Origin: Nitrospira japonica
GTDB lineage: Bacteria; Nitrospirota; Thermodesulfovibrionia; Thermodesulfovibrionales; SM23-35
DNA: 26,373 bases
Assembly (NCBI GenBank): GCA_020725385.1
Contig: DYFC01000065.1
Span: 1 to 26,373, forward strand
Direction: 5' to 3'
In this document: positions 16,587 through 24,645 of the stretch, in pieces
Position numbering within the stretch: the first letter of the stretch is position 1
Layout: each line of letters opens with the position of its first letter
The notes under the pieces: generated by a model
Database searches by the model: none
Told to the model about the DNA's origin: nothing
What the model saw: only the letters and a program-made list of their open reading frames with translations
Position numbers and translations under genes: made by a program

Positions 16587-17991
16587 AGTTGAGAGAAAGG
16601 AAGAAAAGGAGATACATCGCACCGCACAGGATGTGGTGAATCTTTTATCTGTTGTTTTAAGAACAGCACAGATACATGAATCCAGTAATGTAGCGGTAAC
16701 AACTGCAATAGACAAATTCCTCGGGTTGATAAATTATTTAATAAGCATTGAAGACAGCATCTCTCTTGGTTTGATTGGAGAATTTTTCTATTTAAATGAA
16801 ATAAGAATAAGATATTCTCTTGAATATCTTTTGAATTTTGATTATTTAATCAGGGAATTCAAAAAGAGGGAGATAGGTAAAGTACTTTTTAAACAGACTT
16901 TAAAACCCGAAGATATACAGGTTCTTCTTAAAGCTTTTATTGCTGCCGGATTTTCAGATTCACCATATGAAACATTTTATGAATTTTTATCAGGAACCGA
17001 AAAAATAGAAGTAGATCGACTCAAAAAAATATCAGAGGGGGGGGAAGTCGATACACGTAAAATAATAAAAAAATCATATTATAATGCTGTATCATTTACA
17101 AAGGGTGTTATAAATAAAATAAAAGCAGGAGAAAAGGTCAATTTAAAAAAGGCAAAGAGAATTGTAGAAACGATGGTTGACCATATACTTGAAGAAGAGA
17201 AACTCCTGCTCGGGATGACTGTTATTAAAGATTATGATGAATACACATACCATCATTCAGTTAATGTGAGCATTTTATCTATAGCTCTCGGGCAGAGAAT
17301 GGGTTTAAGCAAGAGAATTTTAACAGAATTAGGACTTGTGGCTTTATTTCATGATATAGGAAAAATAGAAATTCCTGCTGAAATTCTTAATAAACCAACT
17401 AATTTTACCGACGATGAATGGAAACTTATCAAGATGCATCCTTTATGGGGTGTTAAAGCTATTTTGAAGTTAAGAGGGCTCGATAACACTACAATAAGAT
17501 CTGCAATTGTTGCATTTGAACATCATATGAATTTTGATCTATCGGGATATCCAAAGGTAAAGAAATATCATGAGCTCGATTTTTATTCAAGAATTGTCAG
17601 TGTTGTTGATCAATATGATGCTATGACTTCTTCAAGAGTCTATTCAAGAATACCTTTATCACCGGATAAAGCTCTAAGCATAATGATGGAAAGAGCCGGG
17701 ACACAGATAGATCCTTTACTTTTTAAATTTTTTATAAATATGGTGGGTGTATTTCCTATAGGGACTCTTGTTATGCTAGATACAAAAGAATTAGGACTGG
17801 TTTACGAGAGCGATGTTGTTTTTGCGGACAGGCCGAGAGTCTTGATAATTATAAACAAGGATGGTGAAAAAGTTAACGGCCCTGTTGTAAATCTAACAGA
17901 AAAGGATGACAACGGAAAATATTTGAGAACAATAGTAAAAACCCTCGACCCCAATAAATATAAAATTAATCTGGCTGAATATCTACTTTAA
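16579..17991 (+). CDS. HD-GYP domain protein (putative cyclic dinucleotide phosphodiesterase)
   Basis: YTYHHSVNV, HDIGK, HP..G, HHMNFDLSGYP and D.YDAMTS.RVY motifs; overlaps the upstream gene by 8 nt. Confidence 0.9.
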   Translation: MDKVERKEEKEIHRTAQDVVNLLSVVLRTAQIHESSNVAVTTAIDKFLGLINYLISIEDSISLGLIGEFFYLNEIRIRYSLEYLLNFDYLIREFKKREIGKVLFKQTLKPEDIQVLLKAFIAAGFSDSPYETFYEFLSGTEKIEVDRLKKISEGGEVDTRKIIKKSYYNAVSFTKGVINKIKAGEKVNLKKAKRIVETMVDHILEEEKLLLGMTVIKDYDEYTYHHSVNVSILSIALGQRMGLSKRILTELGLVALFHDIGKIEIPAEILNKPTNFTDDEWKLIKMHPLWGVKAILKLRGLDNTTIRSAIVAFEHHMNFDLSGYPKVKKYHELDFYSRIVSVVDQYDAMTSSRVYSRIPLSPDKALSIMMERAGTQIDPLLFKFFINMVGVFPIGTLVMLDTKELGLVYESDVVFADRPRVLIIINKDGEKVNGPVVNLTEKDDNGKYLRTIVKTLDPNKYKINLAEYLL

Positions 17992-17997
17992 AGAATT

Positions 17998-18828
17998 ATG
18001 CAAATCACAGGTAAAACAAAAGTTACAGGGATATTCGGGTATCCTGTTGAGCATACTCTTTCGCCTTTGATGCACAATGCAGCATTTAATGCTTTAAAAA
18101 TTGGTTTTTGTTATTTGCCTTTTCTCGTTCATCCTGAAAATCTTGATAGTGCGATTAATGCTATTAGAGCATTGAATATTGTCGGTGTAAACATAACAAT
18201 TCCTCATAAAGAGAAAGTCATGAGTTTTCTGGATGAAATAGATGAGGAAGCTTTATTTATTGGAGCCGTAAATACAATATTGAATAGAGAAAGAAAACTC
18301 ATAGGTTATAATACTGATGGTAGGGGATTTATGAAAGCTCTTGAAGAAAATAAAATTGAAGTTAAAAACAAAAAAGTATTAATTATCGGAGCAGGAGGCG
18401 CAGCCCGGGCAGTCGGTTATTATATATGTAAAAATGCCACTTCTTTGGCAATATTTAGCAGAACAAGGCAGAAATCTGACAAACTTGCTGATGATTTTAA
18501 AAAAATATCAAATTGTAAAATATATGTGGAAGATTCAATTAAGGAGACTGGAACATTTGACATAATTATAAATTCGACACCGTTAGGGCTTAAAGATAAT
18601 GATCCTTTGCCAATAAAAACAGAAAATTTATCCAATCAGCAGGCAATATGTGATTTGATTTATAAAGAAACACCTTTAATCAAAGAAGCCCGGAAAAGAG
18701 GCTGTAAAACTTTGAATGGTATCGGTATGCTCCTATGGCAAGGAGCACTCGCTTTTAAGATATGGACATCTAAAGAACCACCGGTTGATGTTATGCGGAA
18801 AGCAATAGAAACAGCTATTAATCCATGA
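17998..18828 (+). CDS. aroE: Shikimate dehydrogenase
   Basis: HTLSPLMHN, NITIPHK, GAVNT, GYNTDG, GAGGAARA, NSTPLG and ML..QG motifs. Confidence 0.96.
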   Translation: MQITGKTKVTGIFGYPVEHTLSPLMHNAAFNALKIGFCYLPFLVHPENLDSAINAIRALNIVGVNITIPHKEKVMSFLDEIDEEALFIGAVNTILNRERKLIGYNTDGRGFMKALEENKIEVKNKKVLIIGAGGAARAVGYYICKNATSLAIFSRTRQKSDKLADDFKKISNCKIYVEDSIKETGTFDIIINSTPLGLKDNDPLPIKTENLSNQQAICDLIYKETPLIKEARKRGCKTLNGIGMLLWQGALAFKIWTSKEPPVDVMRKAIETAINP

Positions 18829-18949
18829 AGTTTAAACCTAACACAAAAAATTCGCTTTTTCCAGTTAAAATTTTTAACCCTAAATAATGTATTATTCGGG
18901 TTAACCTAACGCTGTGTTTTTTCGCTCTTTACTCTCTGCTTTTTATAAG

Positions 18950-18967
18950 CTGGAATATAAATTGCTA
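18950..18967 (+). promoter_or_regulatory. Putative sigma54 (-24/-12) promoter upstream of the hydrogenase operon
   Basis: CTGGAATATAAATTGCTA: GG-N10-GC spacing, TGG...TTGCT. Confidence 0.6.
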
Positions 18968-19156
18968 ATTGGATTTAGATTTGACAAAGAAATTAATTTT
19001 TGATACATATAATAATATAAGAATTTAATTTAAAAATATTTTTAATAGTCTTTATGTGAACATAGAGACTTGTCTCCAGAAGGAGGTGATAACCTTTACT
19101 TTTTAAAAGGAAACGGTTTTCATTTTAGAAAACCTTAATTTTTTAAGGAGGTGAAT

Positions 19157-20158
19157 ATGAGAAAACCTTTTATCAGCAAAGAGCTTGAAGGTTTTTTAGA
19201 GTTTAAAGGTGTTAGTAGAAGAGATTTCTTAAAATATTGTGCAGCAACAGCAACATTATTTGGTATTTCAGAATTTGATTTTACTTCAAAACTTGTTCAC
19301 GCAATGGAAACAGCTTCAAAAAAACCTCCTGTAATATGGCTTGAAGGGCAGGACTGCGCAGGATGTACAATATCATTTTTAGGTGTAATGTATCCTCCTG
19401 TAATTTCTGTTATTCTCGATAAAATTTCTCTCAGATACCATGAAACAGCTATGGTAGCTTCAGGAGAAATGGCAGAACATGTTTTACATGAGACTATAAA
19501 TGCTGGTGGTTATGTTTTAATTGTTGAAGGTTCAGTCCCGGCAGCAGATGATCGTTATTGTATGATTGGTGGCAAGCCATTTAGAAAAACTCTTGAAGAA
19601 GCTGCTTCGAAAGCAGGTGCTATAATAGCTGTTGGTTCCTGTGCAACATATGGTGGAATTCCTGGTGCCACAATTACAAAAGGCATCGGTCTTGATAAAG
19701 CATTACCAGGAAAAGCTGTTATAAACCTCCCGACATGCCCTGTTCATCCTGATCGTGTTGCAGGTACAATTTTGTATTTCTTAACAACAGGAAAAGTTCC
19801 GGAACTCGATAAACTCGGAAGACCTGTTATGTATTATGTTGATTTAATTCATGATAATTGCAGACGCAGGGCTCATTTTGATGCAGGTAGATTTTTAACA
19901 GACTGGAATGACCCCAAACAGAAAGATTGGTGTTTATTCCAGAAAGGTTGCAAGGGCCCTATGACAAATGCTGATTGCCCTGTTAGAAGATGGAATAATG
20001 GAATTAATTTCTGCATTGATTGCGGTGCACCATGTAATGGTTGTGCTGAACCCGGGTTTTATGCGGAAATGTCTCCAATATATACAGCTGAAAGTGAAAC
20101 TTCAAAGAAGATTTATGCTCTAAGGCAAAACGGTCACTTTAATAGAGAAAAGGCATAA
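19157..20158 (+). CDS. Group 1 [NiFe] hydrogenase small subunit, Tat-exported
   Basis: SRRDFLK Tat motif; proximal CAGC, GSCATYGG and PTCP; distal HDNC..C..GC; medial C...WNNGINFC..C..PC.GC. ATG 19157 follows AAGGAGGTGA. Confidence 0.95.
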   Translation: MRKPFISKELEGFLEFKGVSRRDFLKYCAATATLFGISEFDFTSKLVHAMETASKKPPVIWLEGQDCAGCTISFLGVMYPPVISVILDKISLRYHETAMVASGEMAEHVLHETINAGGYVLIVEGSVPAADDRYCMIGGKPFRKTLEEAASKAGAIIAVGSCATYGGIPGATITKGIGLDKALPGKAVINLPTCPVHPDRVAGTILYFLTTGKVPELDKLGRPVMYYVDLIHDNCRRRAHFDAGRFLTDWNDPKQKDWCLFQKGCKGPMTNADCPVRRWNNGINFCIDCGAPCNGCAEPGFYAEMSPIYTAESETSKKIYALRQNGHFNREKA

Positions 20159-20173
20159 GGAGGTGAGGAAAAT

Positions 20174-21736
20174 ATGGCGAAAAGAATAAAAATAGATCCG
20201 ATTACAAGAATTGAAGGTCACCTTGCAATAGAAGTTGAAATTGAAAATGGTGTAGTTAAAGATGCATGGAGTAGTGGTACGATGGCTCGTGGATTTGAAG
20301 CTCTTTTAACAGGGAAAGATCCACGTGATGCATCATATGTAACAAGCAGATTCTGTGGCGTATGTTATAGCGTGCATCAAATGGCCTCTGCACGTTGTCT
20401 TGATGCAGCCTTTGGAGCAAAGGTACCGTGGGGAGGTACATTAATAAGAAATCTTGTTATGGCTGCAGAGTATATTTATGACCATCCTTTACATTTCTAT
20501 CAATTAAGCGCTCTTGATTATATTGACATAATGGCTATCGCAGAATACAAGGGTAAAGACAAAGACTTGCTTGCTGTTAAAGATAAGATTATTGCATTAG
20601 TCCAATCAAAAGATACATATCCTCTGACACCACGTTATAAACCTGATGAGTACTGCGTTAAAGATCCTGACCTCGTGATAACTGCAGTTAAGCATTATAT
20701 TGATGCTTTAAAAATGCATGCTGAAGCAAGAAACATGGGAGCAATTTGGGGTGGAAGAACACCTCATTATCAGAATATTGTAGTTGGAGGTGTAACATCC
20801 TATCCTGATATAAATCAGGTTGCACGCTTCAGAACAATGCTCGACAAACAGGCCAAATTTATTAATGAAGTTTATATACCTGATGTTATGACCTTCGGTA
20901 CAGGGCCGTTACTTCCGCTTGCAAAAGCAGGAATTGGTGGCGGACATTATAACTATCTTTCTTATGGAGCATTCGAGAAAGAAGCATCAGGAAAAAATCT
21001 TGTCTTTCCATCAGGGGTTATAATCGGGTTTAATCCTCTTGACATTAAAGTTCAGGCATTTGAGCCGGATAAAATAACCGAGTCAGTAAAATATGCGTGG
21101 TATAAAGAAAATAAGCCTGTACATCCATATGATGGAGAGCAGATTTTCAATCTTGATAAAAAAGAGGCTTATTCTTTTGTTAAAGCTCCGAGATATAATG
21201 GTTATCCAATGGAGGTTGGACCATTAGCAAGAATGATAGTTGCAAAGAATCCAACGCTGCTTGACCTTGTTAGCAAAGGTGTCAAACCGGGAGCTGTTGC
21301 AAGACATGCAGCCCGTGCTATAGAGACAAAACTTATAGTTGATGCTGCTTATGAATGGCTTGACCAGCTTCAAACCGAAATGACAAAACCCGGATTTAAA
21401 ATTCATGACACAGAACATTGGGATCCTCCTGCAAGTGGAATGGGCGCTGGATTTTTCGAACCTCCAAGAGGTGCTTTAGGCCACTGGATAAAGATTAAAG
21501 ACAAAAAGATTGAAAATTATCAGGCTGTTGTTCCTTCTACATGGAATGCTTCACCACGCTGCGAAAATGGTGTTAGAGGTCAATACGAAGAATCATTAAT
21601 AGGAGCGCCTGTCCCAGACCCTGATAATCCAATTAATGTTGTGAGAATAATAAGATCATTTGACCCGTGTCTTGCCTGTGCTATACATATTATTGATCCG
21701 CAAAGTAATGAAATAAAGAAGTTTACTATTGCGTAA
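20174..21736 (+). CDS. Group 1 [NiFe] hydrogenase large subunit
   Basis: DPITRIEGH, L1 RFCGVC, PRGALGHW, VPSTWN, L2 SFDPCLACAIH plus a 15-aa cleavable C-terminal extension. Confidence 0.97.
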   Translation: MAKRIKIDPITRIEGHLAIEVEIENGVVKDAWSSGTMARGFEALLTGKDPRDASYVTSRFCGVCYSVHQMASARCLDAAFGAKVPWGGTLIRNLVMAAEYIYDHPLHFYQLSALDYIDIMAIAEYKGKDKDLLAVKDKIIALVQSKDTYPLTPRYKPDEYCVKDPDLVITAVKHYIDALKMHAEARNMGAIWGGRTPHYQNIVVGGVTSYPDINQVARFRTMLDKQAKFINEVYIPDVMTFGTGPLLPLAKAGIGGGHYNYLSYGAFEKEASGKNLVFPSGVIIGFNPLDIKVQAFEPDKITESVKYAWYKENKPVHPYDGEQIFNLDKKEAYSFVKAPRYNGYPMEVGPLARMIVAKNPTLLDLVSKGVKPGAVARHAARAIETKLIVDAAYEWLDQLQTEMTKPGFKIHDTEHWDPPASGMGAGFFEPPRGALGHWIKIKDKKIENYQAVVPSTWNASPRCENGVRGQYEESLIGAPVPDPDNPINVVRIIRSFDPCLACAIHIIDPQSNEIKKFTIA

Positions 21737-21749
21737 ATGTCTAATTAAA

Positions 21750-21790
21750 ATAAAAACCCTCCGGTTAAATAATAACCGGAGGGTTTTTAT
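21750..21790. terminator. Intrinsic (bidirectional-type) terminator
   Basis: Perfect 18-bp inverted repeat ATAAAAACCCTCCGGTTA / TAACCGGAGGGTTTTTAT with a 5-nt loop and A/T tracts on both sides. Confidence 0.85.
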
Positions 21791-21801
21791 ATGTAATACA
21801 A

Positions 21802-22266
21802 ATGGAAAATAACAATAAAAAAATTGTAATACTTGGAGTAGGAAATGTCTTATTAACTGATGAAGGTATTGGTGTGCATGTAGCAAATGAATTGATGAAA
21901 ATGGAACTTCCAGATAATGTTTCTGTAGTAGAAGGTGGAACCGATGGATTCCGCTTGCTTAATGTTATAACAGAAGCAGACAGGTTGATTGTAATTGATG
22001 CTGTAAAAGGAGGTGGAGAACCTGGCTCAATTTATCGTTTTAATATTGATAATATAAAAAATGTTCCATCAGGTTTTAAAACTTCAGTCCATCAAATAGG
22101 AATATTAGAAGTTATAGATTTATCGAGCCTTATCGGAAAGACTCCCCATACAACAATTATAGGCGTAGAGCCAAAGTCTCTTGAAATGAACCTTGAACTA
22201 TCCCCTGAAATAAAAGAGAAGATACCAAAAATTATAGAATTGGTTCTTGAAGAAATAAAACTATAA
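21802..22266 (+). CDS. Hydrogenase maturation protease (HyaD/HybD family)
   Basis: LGVGN.L..DEG.G, EGGT.G, IDAV, SVHQ and IGVEP motifs. Confidence 0.93.
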   Translation: MENNNKKIVILGVGNVLLTDEGIGVHVANELMKMELPDNVSVVEGGTDGFRLLNVITEADRLIVIDAVKGGGEPGSIYRFNIDNIKNVPSGFKTSVHQIGILEVIDLSSLIGKTPHTTIIGVEPKSLEMNLELSPEIKEKIPKIIELVLEEIKL

Positions 22267-22409
22267 ATAAATAATAAAAATCTTCATTATTTTCAAAAAA
22301 ATTAAAAAATTCGAAAAAAATAAAAAATAAAGAATAACATTCAAGAATAATTCATTTTTTCCACTATCTTTCTAAATTGACTTCAAAGCTAAATTCATTT
22401 TTAAAATTA

Positions 22410-22436
22410 TTAGCAGTCATCATTTGGGAGTGCTAA
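22410..22436. promoter_or_regulatory. CIRCE operator (HrcA binding site)
   Basis: TTAGCAGTC-N9-GAGTGCTAA, one mismatch from consensus; preceded by TTGACT (22377-22382) and TAAAAT (22402-22407). Confidence 0.92.
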
Positions 22437-22491
22437 TAATTTGATATAAAACGATTATTTAGTCATTATTATAAATATGGAGGTTTGATAT

Positions 22492-24117
22492 ATGGCAAAA
22501 CAGTTACTTTTCAATGAAGCAGCGAGAAATTCTATATTAAAAGGGGTAAACATACTTACAAATGCAGTTCAGGCTACATTGGGTCCGAGGGGTAGGAATG
22601 TAATAATTGATAAAAAATTTGGTTCACCAACAATTACTAAAGATGGTGTCACTGTGGCAAAAGAAATTACTCTTGAGGATCCATATGAAAATACAGGTGC
22701 TTATCTTGTCAAACAAGTAGCAAGCAAAACATCTGATGTTGCTGGAGATGGGACTACTACGGCAACTGTTCTTGCAAATGCTATTTATACAGAAGGTTTA
22801 AAACATATTGTTGCAGGTGCAAATCCAATGGATATAAAAAGAGGAATAGATAAAGCTGTTGATGTTGTTGTTGAAGAACTTAAAAAAATAAGCAAGCCTA
22901 TACAGGATAAAAAGGAAATATCTCAAGTCGGTACTATTTCTGCCAACAACGACCCTACAATTGGAGATTTAATTGCTGATGCAATGGATAAAGTAGGTAA
23001 AGACGGTGTAATCACTGTTGAAGAAGCAAAAAGCATGGTGACATCTCTTGATGTTGTTGAGGGGATGCAATTTGATAGAGGTTACATTTCACCATATTTT
23101 ATGACTGATCCTGAAAGATTAGAATGTAATCTTGAAGATGTATATATTTTGATCCATGAGAAAAAAATTTCTTCAATGAAAGATTTATTGCCAATCCTTG
23201 AACAAATTGCCAAAATAGGAAAACCGCTATTGATTATAGCAGAAGAGGTTGAAGGTGAAGCTCTTGCGACACTTGTTGTGAATAAGTTGCGTGGTACTTT
23301 ACAGGTATGTGCTGTAAAAGCGCCTGGATATGGCGAAAGAAGAAAAGCAATGCTTGAAGATATTGCTATTCTCACAGGTGGAAAAATGATCTCAGAGGAT
23401 CTCGGAATAAAGCTCGAGAATTTAAAAATCGAGGATCTTGGTCATGCAAAGAAAGTAACGGTTGATAAAGATAATACCACAATAGTTGAAGGTGCAGGTG
23501 ATCCAAAGAAAATTGAAGCGAGAGCAAAACAGATCAAAGCCCAGATTGAGGAAGCCACTTCTGAATATGATAAAGAGAAACTTCAAGAACGTCTCGCGAA
23601 AATAGTTGGCGGTGTTGCAGTTATAAATGTTGGTGCAGCAACGGAAACTGAAATGAAAGAGAAAAAGGCAAGGGTAGAGGATGCTTTGAATGCAACAAGA
23701 GCAGCAGTAGAAGAAGGAATTGTTCCAGGTGGAGGTGTGGCTTTCTTAAGATGTATAAATGCATTAAATAATCTAAAACTTGAAAACCATGACCAGAAAG
23801 TTGGTGTAGAAATTATTAAAAGAGCTCTTGAAGAACCGCTTAGACGCATAGCAATTAATGCGGGTTTTGATGGCTCAGTGGTTGTAGAAAAAGTAAAAAG
23901 TTCAAAAGATATTAATTATGGTTTTGATGCTGCAAAAGAAGAATATGGAGATTTAATAAAAGCAGGAATTATAGATCCGACCAAAGTTGCACGTTGTGCG
24001 CTTCAAAATGCAGCTTCAGTAGCAGGATTGATGCTTACAACTTCTGTTGTTGTTACTGAAATGCCTGAAAAGAAAAAATCAGCTTCCCCGATGCCACATG
24101 ATGATATGGATTATTAA
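22492..24117 (+). CDS. groEL: Chaperonin GroEL
   Basis: [49 protein letters not shown] and GIIDPTKV; GGAGG RBS. Confidence 0.98.
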   Translation: MAKQLLFNEAARNSILKGVNILTNAVQATLGPRGRNVIIDKKFGSPTITKDGVTVAKEITLEDPYENTGAYLVKQVASKTSDVAGDGTTTATVLANAIYTEGLKHIVAGANPMDIKRGIDKAVDVVVEELKKISKPIQDKKEISQVGTISANNDPTIGDLIADAMDKVGKDGVITVEEAKSMVTSLDVVEGMQFDRGYISPYFMTDPERLECNLEDVYILIHEKKISSMKDLLPILEQIAKIGKPLLIIAEEVEGEALATLVVNKLRGTLQVCAVKAPGYGERRKAMLEDIAILTGGKMISEDLGIKLENLKIEDLGHAKKVTVDKDNTTIVEGAGDPKKIEARAKQIKAQIEEATSEYDKEKLQERLAKIVGGVAVINVGAATETEMKEKKARVEDALNATRAAVEEGIVPGGGVAFLRCINALNNLKLENHDQKVGVEIIKRALEEPLRRIAINAGFDGSVVVEKVKSSKDINYGFDAAKEEYGDLIKAGIIDPTKVARCALQNAASVAGLMLTTSVVVTEMPEKKKSASPMPHDDMDY

Positions 24118-24163
24118 TTTTATTTACGGTCACGGTTAACTGACACAGTAACAGAATTTGAAT

Positions 24164-24631
24164 ATGGAAAACGATCGGAGTAAGAAAAAAGAAATAGAAT
24201 TTTATTTCTGGATACATGCGGCCTTTCGCAGATATGTTGAGGTCATCATGGATCTCATCTTAATGGGTCTTGTTTTAGTTTCCTTTGTTTTGATTATAAA
24301 AACAATTTATTTATTAGGAGTATCTCTGTATGGCGATACTAATATAGCTCATATAATTTCAGAAATAATGTTTATATTCATTCTTGCTGAAACAGTAAGA
24401 CTTCTTATTATTTATCTTGAATCCCATAGAGTTGCACTCGATGCAATGGTTGAAATTGCGATTGTTTCAGTAATCAGAGAAATAATTCTCAAAGGATTCT
24501 TGCATGTCGAGCCTATTATTGTATGTGTTGCATGTCTCTTTATTTTAGTACTTGGATTGTTATTGAGATATGGTGGAATTAGAGCCGAACACGAAGTTTA
24601 CAGTTTATATAAACCTTTTTCGAAAAAATAA
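24164..24631 (+). CDS. PsiE-family (phosphate-starvation-inducible E-like) membrane protein
   Basis: Four hydrophobic segments with E.....IY...H and E.AIVSVIREII pattern; start is ATG 24164 or TTG 24158. Confidence 0.75.
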   Translation: MENDRSKKKEIEFYFWIHAAFRRYVEVIMDLILMGLVLVSFVLIIKTIYLLGVSLYGDTNIAHIISEIMFIFILAETVRLLIIYLESHRVALDAMVEIAIVSVIREIILKGFLHVEPIIVCVACLFILVLGLLLRYGGIRAEHEVYSLYKPFSKK

Positions 24632-24645
24632 ATAAAATTAATGAA

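Noticed and set aside
19078-19094. Possible 16S rRNA 3' fragment on the minus strand
   Set aside because: The match is limited to the ~11-nt anti-SD complement and no other rRNA sequence flanks it; treated as an orphan SD instead.
19070-19138. 22-codon TTG-initiated leader peptide (LSPEGGDN...)
   Set aside because: There is no SD ahead of the TTG and no informative composition; it cannot be supported without ribosome profiling.
21655-21700. Possible selenocysteine ([NiFeSe]) hydrogenase
   Set aside because: The L2 motif is encoded GAC CCG TGT CTT GCC TGT with no in-frame TGA, and the ORF ends normally at TAA.
24122-24155. Weak hairpin or hexamer-like repeats after groEL as a terminator
   Set aside because: Only interrupted 4-bp stems and no U-tract.
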